Positions 27,429-39,839 of a stretch of 64,000 bases of DNA are shown here, piece after piece (within the stretch, counting starts at the first letter, position 1; each line of letters begins with the position of its first letter). A model generated the notes under the pieces. It saw only the letters and a list, made by a program, of their open reading frames with translations. It made no database searches and was not told the DNA's origin. Where the stretch lies: positions 409,324,001 through 409,388,000 of the forward strand of contig OZ024741.1 in NCBI GenBank assembly GCA_964016885.1. The letters run 5' to 3'. The position numbers were made by a program, and so were the translations under genes. The DNA comes from Eledone cirrhosa (taxonomy: Eukaryota).

Positions 27429-28251
27429 TCTTATAATATATATATTAATTTCAGCAATGTCAGTATTCCGTGTGTCATAATTCTTGATTATCATTGGTTC
27501 ATAGGTTTCAAACGACTCCGCCCACCTCAACGACGCCAAACTTAAATTAATATGCATAATGCCAATGATGGAGTGAGAGGGGAGAGTAAGAAACAGAGAG
27601 GCAAAGTGAACGCTGTAACTATTACCATGTGTGTGTGTGTGTGTGTATGTACGTGCGCGTATGTTTGTGTGTGCGTGCGTGCAGCGTTCCACAGAAACTA
27701 AAAGCAATTCAACTTTATCAAACTGAACTACAGTGGCGACGGCATGTAGCCAGGAATGAAGAAAAACGGGCCGAACAGCGGCATCGGAATGCCGAACTTC
27801 AGAGGCAAAGACGTGCCGACATGAATGAAGAGGATCTGGCTGAACAACGCCAACGAAACACTGGAGTCAAGCAGCGATGGCGTGCTGCGATGGTTGAAGT
27901 CGAACTGGCTGAGTATCATCTTTTATATTAATCATCTATATCTACATATAATATAAAAGATTGGAACTTCCATCATCCTTTTGAGAAACATGGAACAACC
28001 ACGTCTATGCAATGATACACGTTTTACAGTCAGGCAGAAGATGAACCATCTCCTAGAGGTCACTATTCTAGGTGGGAGCACCTAGAATTGTTCATATACT
28101 ATGCACAAACGGTACAACGAAGAATCTGGTATATCTGGAAGATTTTTTTTACTGTTTTTGGTATCACACAGACACCACGGATTAGCCTCAAACATCCAAT
28201 ACAGTCAATTTCTCTTTTACCTGTCTTCTCTTATCTGGGTACGTCAGCTAG
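27429..28251 (+). mobile_element. Internally deleted Helitron remnant
   Basis: 27957-28076 translates KIGTSIILLRNMEQPRLCNDTRFTVRQKMNHLLEVTILGG (PIF1-type Helitron helicase motif LLRN..P.LCNGTRL). ~28093-28145 gives ILCTNGTTKNLVYLE (terminal TKNIVY.E motif). R/E/Q-rich segment at 27720-27900. Ends gggtacgtcagCTAG|T at 28251. 5' boundary uncertain. Confidence 0.75.
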
Positions 28252-28362
28252 TAATAATAATAGGGACAGTGGACGAAGTAGTTGGTATAGAAACAAGATG
28301 GAATGATGGTCATAATTGGAATGTCTTTAGTCATAGGTCTGACCAGTGAGAGGTAATATATA

Positions 28363-29085
28363 GATGATGGTAGCAGTAAAGTGGTGTTGGTGGTCGTGGT
28401 GGTAGCAGTAAAGTGGTGGTGGTGGAAGCAGTAAAGTGGTGTTGGTGGTGATGGTAGTAGTAGTGGTGGTGGTGGTAGCAGTAAAGTGGTGGTGGTGGTA
28501 GTAGTGGAAGTATTAGTGGTGGTGGAAGTATTAGTGGTGGTAGTGGTGGTAGCAGTAAAGTGGTGGTGGTAGTAGTGGTCATGGTAGTGGTAGTAGTAGT
28601 GGAAGTATTAGTGGTGGTGGTAGTGGTGGTGGTAGTAGTAAAGTGGCTTTGGTGGTAGTAGTGGTGGTGGTGGTGGTAGTAGTAGTAGTAAAGTGGTGTT
28701 GGTGGTAGTAGTGGTGGTGGTGGTAGCAGCAGTAAAGTGGTGTTGGTGGTGGTGGTAGTAGTAGTGGTGGTGGTGGTGGTAGTAGTAGTGGGAGTATTAG
28801 TGGTGGTGGTAGCAGTAAAGTGGTGTTGGTGGTAGTAGTGGTGGTGGTGGTAGTAGTAGTGGAAGTATTAGTGGCGGTGGTAGTGATAGTAGTGGAGGTA
28901 TTAGTGGTGGTGGTAGTGACTGTGTTAGTGGTGGTGGTGGTAGTAGTGGTGGTGGTGGTAGTGGTAGTAGTGGTGGTGGTAGTGATAGTAGTGGAGGTAT
29001 TAGTGGTGGTGGTAGTGATAGTAGTGGAGGTATTAGTGGTGGTGGTAGTGATAGTAGTGGAGGTATTAGTGGTGGTGGTAGTGAT
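28363..29085. repeat. (GTG)/(GTA) trinucleotide low-complexity tract with 33-bp sub-repeats
   Basis: Direct observation. Confidence 0.95.
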
Positions 29086-29137
29086 AGATGCAATGTTGCT
29101 ATAAATGAGACAAAGACAATAGTTAACGAGAACTTAC

Positions 29138-29216
29138 ACTTGGTTCCATCATGCTGGGATCCAAACAACGGTGTGCTGTACTACACACTATCTCATCCAA
29201 TAAAACTTGGACTAAA
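29138..29216 (-). CDS. VPS51: VPS51 penultimate coding exon
   Basis: (N)LVQVLLDEIVCSTAHRCLDPSMMEPS matches VPS51 [26 protein letters not shown]. Acceptor ttacag, donor gtaagt, 79 bp. The last ~9 residues expected from homologues were not located. Confidence 0.9.
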
Positions 29217-29339
29217 CTGTAAAACAGAAAAATATTCTATTAAAACATTTCCCTCAAAAATGGCAGTGCTCCAGCATGGTCTCAGTCAGCTGGAACAGGT
29301 TAAAGTGTAATGAAAATAAAAAAAAACAAATTAAATAAT

Positions 29340-29557
29340 TCTTTCGTTGGTGACACTGCATCCTTTAAAACCTCCATGTTTCCTGAGATTCACCAACACT
29401 ACACCTGATATCCCCCTCCATACACACACACACATAATTCATGATTCATACACTGTTCACTTCCCTGACATTTGTACATTATTCTATGTACTATACATAC
29501 ACCTTTGATGAGTTGTAGTGCACCTGAGCACTGTACACAATAATTTCATTATTATTA
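29340..29557 (+). mobile_element. Probable CR1/L2-group LINE 3' end
   Basis: Short reading-frame end ASFKTSMFPEIHQHYT-stop, a UTR and an (ATT)n tail. Family assignment is inference. Confidence 0.4.
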
Positions 29558-29789
29558 TTTTAACAATTTCTAATTTAGGCACAATTAGTGCCATATTTAC
29601 CATTGTGCTTCGGTGAGAACAGGGTCCTATTGGCCAGGAGGGGCATCTTCCTGCCAAAAATGTTTTTACTTTCTTCAGGGCCCAAGTGAAGGTCCTCATA
29701 ACTATACAGGGCCTTATTTGTCCTAAATCTGGCATTGGGCACAAGGTCAACAGTTTCTAATTTAAGAAAAAGGTCAATAATTTGCAGAG

Positions 29790-29975
29790 AGGGGATGTGG
29801 ATTACATGGACTCCAGTATGTAGCTGGTACTTTAATTTTTTTTTTATTAACCCCTGAAGGGGTGAAAGTCAAAGTTGACCTCATCAGGATTTGAACTCAG
29901 AATGTAAAGCCCCTAAATAAATACCTTAATGTATATTTTGTGCCACACTAACATTTCTACCCAGCTCCCACCTTT
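29790..29975 (-). mobile_element. tRNA-derived SINE (Meta-like), diverged
   Basis: Reverse complement of the 1243-1460 element: ctggtacttt..., aaagttgacctcatcaggatttgaactcagaatgtaaag. Confidence 0.6.
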
Positions 29976-30262
29976 ATGAAAAACTAAGAAATGTAAATGT
30001 TTCTAAAGGAATGAAGGGTTTTTAACGGCCACAACATACCCCTGGTTTATGGTTGTTTAGGGCAGATCAAAAACACATTCCATCTCTGATAGTCCAGTTT
30101 TTTATATTAAAATATCATTTCTATCTTTAATCCCTCCCCCATGTCAGTAAGCAACATAAACTATAGGCTTTCCTTTATGCAAACCATAAATTTATCAAAA
30201 TAAAAATTTCCCAGTTTGCCTGATTGTTTGTAGACCCACTAGTACTGGTAGATATGTCACAG

Positions 30263-30708
30263 CAATCCTGGACACCAAATATTAAATATATCCAACACTA
30301 TTGTCACCATTACTGACGGTACTGGTCCACCAGTCCTGGTATATATGGTATACCAATCCTGGACACCAAATATTAAATATATCCAACACTATTGTCACCA
30401 TTACTGACGGTACTGGTCCACCAGTCCTGGTATATATGGTATACCAATCCTGGACACCAAATATTAAATATATCCAACACTATTGTCACCATTACTGACG
30501 GTACTGGTCCACCAGTCCTGGTATATATGGTATACCAATCCTGGACACCAAATATTAAATATATCCAACACTATTGTCACCATTACTGACGGTACTGGTC
30601 CACCAGTCCTGGTATATATGGTATACCAATCCTGGACACCAAATATTAAATATATCCAACACTATTGTCACCATTACTGACGGTACTGGTCCACCAGTCC
30701 TGGTATAT
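30263..30708. repeat. 91-bp minisatellite, ~4.9 identical units
   Basis: Identical ORFs at 30301, 30392 and 30483 (91-bp offset). Confidence 0.97.
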
Positions 30709-30850
30709 AAATAAATGTTTTTCTTCCTTTTGTAAGATTACTCTAGCAATTTAGAAATCTAGAAAGACAACTAAATTCTGCAAACATTTTGTCCTAACAA
30801 TAATGTAAAGAAAGAAGCGACTATGCTACAGCACCTGAAAATATACTTAC

Positions 30851-30963
30851 TTTTCATCTGATACAAATCTCCACAGATATAATTGTAGATAATGAGTATC
30901 AACTTGAATTTGTTGTAAACCATAACGACCAAATGTTCTCAGTCGAACACATTCTAGGAATGT
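30851..30963 (-). CDS. VPS51: VPS51 coding exon
   Basis: [37 protein letters not shown] (hallmark VPS51 C-terminal block). Acceptor ttcaag, donor gtaagt, 113 bp. Confidence 0.96.
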
Positions 30964-31040
30964 CTTGAAAAGAGAAAATATCATTTGATTAAATATAAAC
31001 AAAATTTGAGCTTGTCTGTCAAAGTTACCACTAACTAACA

Positions 31041-31500
31041 TTTAGATTACTCTATATTTATTATTGTATTTTTGGGTAAAGGCTTTATCTTCCATAACAT
31101 TTACATTACTCTATATATACTATTGTATTTTCACAGTAAAGGCTTTACCTCACATAACATTTACATTACTCTATATATACTATTGTATTTTCACAGTAAA
31201 GCCTTTACCTCACATAACATTTACATTACTCTATATATACTATTGTATTTTCACAGTAAAGGCTTTATCTCACATATCTCACATATCTCACATAACATTT
31301 ACATTACTCTATATATACTATTGTATTTTCACAGTAAAGGCTTTACCTCACATAACATTTACATTACTCTATATATACTATTGTATTTTCACAGTAAAGC
31401 CTTTACCTCATATAATATCTCACAACATTTACATAACTCTATATATACTATTGTATTTTCACAGTAAAGGCTTTACCTCACATAATATCTCACATAACAT
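31041..31500. repeat. 60-71 bp AT-rich minisatellite, left part (interrupted by LINE)
   Basis: Unit cataacatttacattactctatatatactattgtattttcacagtaaaggctttacctca. Resumes at 37068. Confidence 0.97.
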
Positions 31501-31710
31501 CTCGTATACGAGAGACGTGTGTTGACGTGTGTGAACAAGCTCGGCTACCGAGTTGGATTTACTTACTCAAAAGTGAGTTTTGATTAATTTTTTTATACTG
31601 TAATATACGTTAACCCCTTGCCTTGGTCGTCAAACTTTGAGTTTATTTATTTTCTCCCCTTTTTGGGGCGAATTTTCCAGTTAAAAATCTATTACGGCAA
31701 ACTAATAGAA

Positions 31711-33398
31711 ATGGACGGAATTTTCACATCTCATCCTAACGAGAATGCCACGCCCCCTAAAAAAGGTGATACAGAGAAGCTAGAAGCACAAGGCTCTAAG
31801 TCTTCCCTCCTCACTTCTGCAAAAGAAACATGGAACACGGAATTAAAAGAAAAATTTGTAAAAATGGATGAAAACCCAGAAAGTCACATAAACGCAGACA
31901 AAAACAACAATGACAATAACAGCAATAGTCACAACACCAACCAAGGAAAAAATAACGATAACACCAAACAAAGCGAACCCACTACTGGTGTCTCCTTTGC
32001 ACAGGCGGTCCGGAAAACACAGACCTGCAAGCAACTGGACATTACAACTCTGAGAGAAAAGATGAAGGAAGCAAAACAGTATGTAACTTTCAAAGAAGGA
32101 GGAGACTTCACAATCACCTCCCCACAAGAAATCAAAAGAGACACGACACTAAGAACGATATCTTTCAGAACAATTTCCAACATAACAAGGAAACCAGCTC
32201 AATTATCCCAAAAAGAAATTGAGCTGGTCCTAAAAAATGTGTGGAGTGATATATCGTTCATACAAAAAGAGCCACTCTATGGGAATATAACGGTGCTAAT
32301 GAAGGATCAATTGACGGCCAGGAAATACTCTGTGGCGCCAATTGTTTCCAAGCTACACACATTTTTCCCCACATATTTAGGGAAAAGAACGCAGAAAATA
32401 AGGGTCTCCGGAATCCGGCCAAATGCATGCATTTCCTGGGTACTAACAGAATTTTTAGAAGACGAGGACGGAATCCTCTCAGTAGGAGAAGTCACAACAG
32501 ACGTTTTCGGCGGTTTGAGCGTGGAGGTTCTGGTCCAAATGAGACCAGAACGAATAGCTAGAATACCACAGAGGGTGTCCCTCGATGGAGAAACATTTAT
32601 ATACATTTCAGCCATATGTTACTACTGTTCAAGCAGGGGTCATTTAAGGGCTGCCTGTCCTCAATTGACAAAAAAAAGGCTCTTTTGCCTACACCCCACA
32701 AACCACCACCACCACCACAACAAAAACAACACGGAAAAATAACACAAGACACGGCCCCACCCAAAACAACTCCCAAAACACACACAAACACAACAAAACC
32801 CCAAAATACACCACTACCCGACAGCACGGAAGAGGACCCAGCTGAAACGGCACCTAGTGACGAAGAGGGGGGACCCTTCCAACCTGTAAAAAGGAAAAAA
32901 AGAAAGCACCACTCGAACATAAACGAAACAAACACACAACCACCAACAAAAACAAAACAACCAGAACATACAAAATCCGCCCCACCCCAAAACATAACAC
33001 ATACAACAAAACGTAAGCACACACAAGAACAACAAACAAACACAACACAAATAAAACAGTATACATACATTAACACAAATAACAAAGAACTAGTAAAAAC
33101 AATACACAAAGACCCTTCGGTGGAAACTGAAGGGCAATTCTTTGCAAGCACGGCCAACAAACCGCATTTAAAAATGATAAGACTCCCAATGGACACCTAT
33201 GCAAAACTAAGAGAGAACTTTCCTGAGGACATGGGGAAAACATGTACTCGACCCTATAACCGCGTCCTCTTGAAACGTTTCCCCACCCACACCTCACCAA
33301 ACACCTCCACTCCACCACAGAACAACACCCCACCAAACAACCCCTCCAATACGCCCATGGATATTGTGCAACATGCTCCTCAGGAGCCGAACAGGTAG
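31711..33398 (+). pseudogene. LINE ORF1 (gag-like, zinc knuckle), one frameshift
   Basis: CYYCSSRGHLRAAC (CX2CX4HX4C) at ~32615-32657. Frame switch in the A-run near 32670 joins ORFs 31618-32742 and 32616-33398. Confidence 0.8.
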
Positions 33399-33419
33399 AT
33401 CCTTCCACTTTTAACCAAC

Positions 33420-36400
33420 ATGGCTGATATAAGAGTTGGGTGTCTGAATGTACGCGGCCTGGGACTGTCTTGGAAACAAGGCAAACTTTTAAACGATCTC
33501 AGGTCGCATAGAATGGATGTAATGGCTATTTGCGAGTCCAGGATCAGAGCGAGCACCAACTGGCGCCCCTCTTCGACGACTTTGAGATCTTCGCATCTCT
33601 CTGTCAACCGGGGGGTGGGGGTGGAGTTGTCGTTCTGCTGCGAAAACACCTGGGCCTCGCCATACAGAAGGTGCACCTGGACCCGGAGGGTCGACTGGTG
33701 GTTTTAGACGTCGACAGTAGTGAAAGTGGAGCCCTTAGACTAATTGCTGTGTACGCCCCTTTTTGGGCAGCGCAGCCGGAATACTTCCAACGTCTGGAAA
33801 CTTTTCTGGGAACGTCCCGCTCCTTGCTTTTAGTGGGGGACTGGAATGGTATCCTGGATGCACGTTGGGACTATTTAGGGGCATGTGCCAATAGAGGGGG
33901 GTGTAAAAGCCTCAAAAGGTTAATCGGCCGATTTGACCTGGCCGATAGATATCGACTAGATTTTCCGACTGTACCACTATGGACGTGGACCAATCGCAGC
34001 GGAACATCTAGGTCGTACCTAGATAGGGTCCTAGTTAGAGATAAGGATAGCGACACATTTAGCTGTCCAAAAATGTTCATGGTTGACTATTCGGATCACA
34101 AGTTAGTGACCTGCATAGCCAACCTTGATAGAACCCATAGACAGGGACCCGGTTACTGGAAGCTGAACTTGTCCTTACCGACAAGCAAAGCTTACAGTAA
34201 ACGGATTAGCACGTTAGTTAAGCAGAGTTTGACAGGGGCAATTGTCAACAACAGGTGGTGGAGCTCTCTTAAGAGAGCCATTAGAATAGAATAGATAGGT
34301 TTTAGCAAGGGATAGGAACAAGACGGAAAGGGAATTAGTAGATAGAGTAGAAGAGGCGATTAGGAGTGGCAATGTAGCCGGCGTGCTGGCATCAAGAATG
34401 GCCTTAGACCAGTTCTTTGAGGTGAAGCATGAAGGCTGCGTTGTCAGGAGTAAAATACGTGCTCTGGGTAATGAGGGAGCCAAAGCTGTGAGCTGGGCCC
34501 GAGTGACAGAGGCAAAAAGTGGGAACAAGTCCACGATTCGGTCTTTGAAGGACCAGGATGGGCGTGTGATCCTTGAACCTGGGCAGATGTGTGCGGCCTT
34601 TCAGCGTCACTTTGCACGACTGTTCGAGAGGGGCGGCGCACCGGGTGAGACTATGGATTTCAATCCATACCTCGACGGTCTGCCGCGCCTCTCGGACGCG
34701 AAGTCCTGCGAAAGGACGATTTCAGCTGCTGAGATAGGGGCGCGCTGAGGCAATGCGGCAAACGCAAATCCCCGGGTCTCGATGGTCTACCATACGAGCT
34801 ATATGTAGCGATGCCGGACTTGTTCTCCGATATCCTCGAAGCGGTCTACTGCAACTGGCAGCAGAACGGGAGAATTCCCAGTTCTGTGACCAAGGGCGTA
34901 GTTACGCTGGTGAGGAAGGATGAGAACAAGGGGGATGACATAAGTAACTTCAGGCCCATAACTCTGCTAAATACAGAGTTAAAGATTTTGGCCAAGGTGT
35001 TAGCGAAGAGGTTGGCGCTTGTCGTCGGAAAGCTGGTGGGAGAAGCGCAGACATGCGCAATCCCGTCCAGGTCCATTCACGACAATCTCCACCTTATGCG
35101 ATACATCATAGAGAGGGTAGGGAATGAACCCGGCTTTGGTGGGGCCCTGATCAACTTGGATCAATCTAAAGCTTTCGATAGGGTTGACCATCGTTACCTG
35201 GATGCGGTGCTCGCGGCGGCAGGCTTCGGACCCGTTTTCAGGGGTTGGATTGCTGCGATGCACAGCAGCAACATCTGCTCAAGGTCAAGGGCCACCTCTC
35301 GGAGCCGTTCCAAATCATGCGATCCATCCGACAGGGATGCCCTCTCTCCTCCCTTCTGTATGTGCTGGCTCTTGAGACACTACTGCGGAAGTTGGAGCGG
35401 TTGCAGGGCATCCCTTTGGAACCGGGATTGTAGAAAGCGGCGTTGGCCTACGCCGATGACGTGACAGTAATGGTGTCGAAAACCTCGCAAATCGGTGAGA
35501 TCGGCACCTTACTGGAGGAATATGAAAAGTTTACAGGAGCCAAGCTGAACCGGGACAAGTCCGTCGGTTTGCAACTCGGAACATGGAGAGGCAAACTGAT
35601 GCCCTCCAATGACGTCGTCGGACGCTGGACGGAGGGCCCGGTGAAGCTGCTTGAGGTCTGGTTCGGACCAGACCTCCAGGTGGAGAAAAACTGGAACGAG
35701 GTAACGGCCAGGGTGTTTGCACTCACCCAGAAGTGGGCCAATGCAAACTATCCCTGAAAGGTCGGGCGGAGGTGGCGAATACTTATATAGCATCTGTCAT
35801 CTACTACCGCTTGACCGTCGTGCCTTGCCCAGTGAAAAGACTCGCCAAAATAGAGTGCGCGCTGTTCCAATTTCTTTGGAACAAGCGGACCCCTTTGGTG
35901 AGGAGATCCATCTGCTGTCAACACTCTTCGAAAGGAGGGCTGGGGATGCCGTGGCTACAGATGCGTAAACACGCATTAAGGCTACAGCACCTCCAGGTAT
36001 TCCTCACCGGTCAACTGGTGTGGGCCCCGTTTGTGAGGCGAGCCTTTCCCAGACTCGTCTCGCTCACCGAGCTGCAATCCTGGGTCAAGCAAAGACCGAG
36101 AAAAGTGGGCAACTAGCACATTGAATGTGCCCAGGCGCTCACGGCCCTCTGGAAAGCGGACCCGGCAATCAGTGGAGACTCCACCTCGACATTCTATAGA
36201 GGGTTGGTACGCAGCAGGTGCGACGATGCTCTCGGAGAAGCTCTAGGCATGGAGGAAGATGAACTGGCCAGTCTGTTCGGTAGGACGTTTGGCCCTGGAC
36301 CGATGGACAACTTCCAAAAGTCCCTGGCTCGGCAGTGCTACCGAGGGGCTCTACCCGTTCGAGACAAGCTCCACAGGCATGGGAGCCTGGGTAGGGATCC

Positions 36401-36830
36401 TTTGAATAAGATCTGTCCGAGATGCGTGCATGACGACGAAACCGTTGCGCACGCATTCGTACACTGCCCAGGCATTGCTGACCTGTGGGGCTATGTGGAA
36501 CGACTACTGTCGAGGGTGGCACCAATCCGGTTGACCACCGAGTCCATTGTCACGATCAAACCGCCTCCCCCTTTCAAAAACGAAGGAGAGGCGGTTTTTC
36601 TCTGTGTGATAGCCATGGCTAAAGAAGTTGTATGGTGGACGAGGCTGAAAGGGCTGAGGTCAGACACCTTTCTCTCCGGCCAACAACTGGTCCCCTTTTT
36701 CAAATACCATTTTAAAAGAAGGATCAGAATGGAGAGAGAGGTGCTCTACCCCAGAAAGTTTTATGAAAGGTGGGTGAAAGTAGGGAGAATGGCCAGAGTG
36801 AATGGGTCTTCTCTCTATATCAGCCTGTAG
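33420..36830 (+). pseudogene. LINE ORF2 (AP endonuclease + reverse transcriptase + C-terminal CCHC), disrupted
   Basis: LNVRGL, VGDWN, SYLDR, YSDH (APE); FRPITLLN, LDQSKAFDRV, IRQGCPLS, YADD (RT); CPRC..ETVAHAFVHCP. In-frame stops near 34294, 34748, 35433, 36116 and several frameshifts. Confidence 0.93.
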
Positions 36831-37067
36831 GTGAAAGAAGAGGAAAAAGAGGAGACGAGGGAAGCACCTACTCTTTGTGCTCCTGAGGAGAAGGGTTGCA
36901 CATTTTTTCCGGGGTGTGTGCGACCCATGTTAATGCCCCCTCCCTATTGAGGACTTCGTTTGTTGTTGTTATTTCATTGTTATATTTTTGTACTCGTTAA
37001 TTATATGTAAACTTCCCCCCTTGTATCTGTCCCTACCTTTTGTGCCCTAGTGGCAAATAAAGAAATC

Positions 37068-37730
37068 ACTCTATATATACTATTGTATTTTCACAGTAAA
37101 GGCTTTACCTCACATAATATCTCACATAACATTTACATTACTCTATATATACTATTGTATTTTCACAGTAAAGGCTTTACCTCACATAACATTTACATTA
37201 CTCTATATATACTATTGTATTTTCACAGTAAAGGCTTTACCTCACATAATATCTCACATAACATTTACATTACTCTATATATACTATTGTATTTTCACAG
37301 TAAAGGCTTTACCTCACATAATATCTCTCATAACATTTACATTACTCTATATATACTACTGTATTTTCACAGTAAAGGCTTTACCTCACATATCTCACAT
37401 AACATTTACATTACTCTATATATACTATTGTATTTTCACAGTAAAGGCTTTACCTCACATAATATCTGACATAACATTTACATTACTCTATATATACTAT
37501 TGTATTTTCACAGTAAAGGCTTTACCTCACATAATATCTGACATAACATTTACATTACTCTATATATACTATTGTATTTTCACAGTAAAGGCTTTACCTC
37601 ATATAACATTTACATTACTCTATATATACTATTGTATTTTCACAGTAAAGGCTTTACCTCACATAACATTTACATTACTCTATATATACTATTGGATTTT
37701 GTGGTAAAGGCTTTATCTCACATAATATCA
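37068..37730. repeat. 60-71 bp AT-rich minisatellite, right part
   Basis: Same unit as 31041-31500. Confidence 0.97.
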
Positions 37731-37939
37731 AATCTATGAGATTTTGATTCCAGTTATTTTGACAACAATATCTTAACATAAGTATGAGCAGCCAATTATG
37801 GCTGGTTTGAACAGAAAGAGGTGAGAGAATTATGGCTGGATATGGTTCGTTTAAATGTTGCAGGGTTAAGAGAGCAGCAGAGAGGACTCAAATAATGGTT
37901 TCTGATTTAATTACAAAGCCAACAATTTGAGGCAGTGGG

Positions 37940-38118
37940 GGAAAAAGTCAATTAAATCAACCCCAGTGCGTTACTGGTACTTTATTCTATCGATCTCGTA
38001 AGGATGAAATGTAAAGCTCACGTCAGCAAGATTTGAACACAGAATGTAAAGAGACATAACTGTGTGCCAAAAAGCAAGTTGTCTGACACTCAACTGATTC
38101 TGCCAATCCACTGCCCTT
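37940..38118 (-). mobile_element. tRNA-derived SINE (Meta-like), diverged
   Basis: ccccagtgcgttactggtacttt...gatttgaacacagaatgtaaag...ctgattctgccaa is the reverse complement of the 1243 element. Confidence 0.6.
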
Positions 38119-38365
38119 AGATGACTTAATAAAGTTACTTAGTAGTAAGTACTAAACAAGATTTAGTTTTGTTGTTTTAATTCCATAATTCCATCCTGCT
38201 GGGATGGTTCAAGGTAGTTTGGTACCATAACGGTGATGTTTGATCTAGCTCATCATATTCAACTAATAACACAACATGACAGACCACATCCAGGAATTCA
38301 ACCCTCTATATTATGATCATACAACTTTATTACCTGTCGTTATTTAGATAAAGGTGTGTACTTAC

Positions 38366-38486
38366 CTTCAAACTGATTTTAATGATTCCTGTTAAGACTG
38401 AAACTTTGGAGAACTCAACTGGAGAGAAGATCTCAATCTTCTCAGAAAACAGTTTCTGGATATTACTGATCAAACTGTTGTCAATA
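38366..38486 (-). CDS. VPS51: VPS51 coding exon
   Basis: (S)[40 protein letters not shown]. Acceptor ttccag, donor gtaagt, 121 bp, phase matches the upstream exon. Confidence 0.96.
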
Positions 38487-38491
38487 CTGGA

Positions 38492-39734
38492 AAAACAACA
38501 AACAATTATGGCTTAACAACAACAACAACACAATTATGGCTTAACAACAACAACAAACAATTATGGCTTAACAACAACAAACAATTATGGCTTAACAACA
38601 ACAACAAACAATTATGGCTTAACAACAGCAAACAATTATGACAACAACAGCAAACAATTATGGCTTAACAACAACAACAAACAATTATGGCTTAACAACA
38701 ACAACAAACAATTATGGCTTAACAACAACAACAAACAATTATGGCTTAACAACAACAACAAACAATTATGGCTTAACAACAACAACAAACAATTATGGCT
38801 TAACAACAACAACAAACAATTATGGCTTAACAACAACAACAAACAATTATGGCTTAACAACAACAACAAACAATTATGGCTTAACAACAACAACAAACAA
38901 TTATGGCTTAACAACAACAACAACACAATTATGGCTTAACAACAACAGCAAACAATTATGACAACAACAACAAACAATTATGGCTTAACAACAACAAACA
39001 ATTATGGCTTAACAACAACAACAACACAATTATGGCTTAACAACAACAACAAACAATTATGGCTTAACAACAACAACACAATTATGGCTTAACAACAACA
39101 ACAAACAATTATGGCTTAACAACAACAAACAATTATGGCTTAACAACAACAACAAACAATTATGGCTTAACAACAACAAACAATTATGGCTTAACAACAA
39201 CAACAAACAATTATGGCTTAACAACAACAACAACACAATTATGGCTTAACAACAACAACAACACAATTATGGCTTAACAACAACAACAAACAATTATGGC
39301 TTAACAACAGCAAACAATTATGACAACAACAACAAACAATTATGGCTTAACAACAACAACAAACAATTATGGCTTAACAACAACAACAACACAATTATGG
39401 CTTAACAACAACAACAACAAACAATTATGGCTTAACAACAACAACAAACAATTATGGCTTAACAACAACAACAAACAATTATGGCTTAACAACAACAACA
39501 CAATTATGGCTTAACAACAACAACAAACAATTATGGCTTAACAACAACAACAAACAATTATGGCTTAACAACAACAACAAACAATTATGGCTTAACAACA
39601 ACAACAAACAATTATGGCTTAACAACAACAACAAACAATTATGGCTTAACAACAGCAAACAATTATGGCTTAACAACAACAGCAAACAATTATGGCTTAA
39701 CAACAACAACAAACAATTATGGCTTAACAACAAC
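38492..39734. repeat. ~27-bp minisatellite AAACAATTATGGCTT(AAC)n
   Basis: Direct periodicity with variable AAC count. Abuts the VPS51 splice acceptor at 38487. Confidence 0.97.
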
Positions 39735-39839
39735 CGTCGCCATCTGAGACAAGTCAGATCAGATCAGATGACTGTGTCTTGGTTATACGGAACTGTTTCT
39801 AGCTTGGTTTCTACTGCCAGATGCCCTTACTCATGCCAG

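Larger units (their letters stand above)
31501..37067 (+). mobile_element. Full-length L1/Tx1-type non-LTR retrotransposon (decayed)
   Basis: 5' UTR, ORF1 with CCHC knuckle, ORF2 APE-RT-CCHC, 3' UTR ending AATAAAgaaatc. Sharp boundaries inside the 60-bp minisatellite. Confidence 0.93.

Noticed and set aside
28331-29168. Pro-rich and Val-rich ORFs
   Set aside because: They are translations of a GTG/GTA trinucleotide tract.
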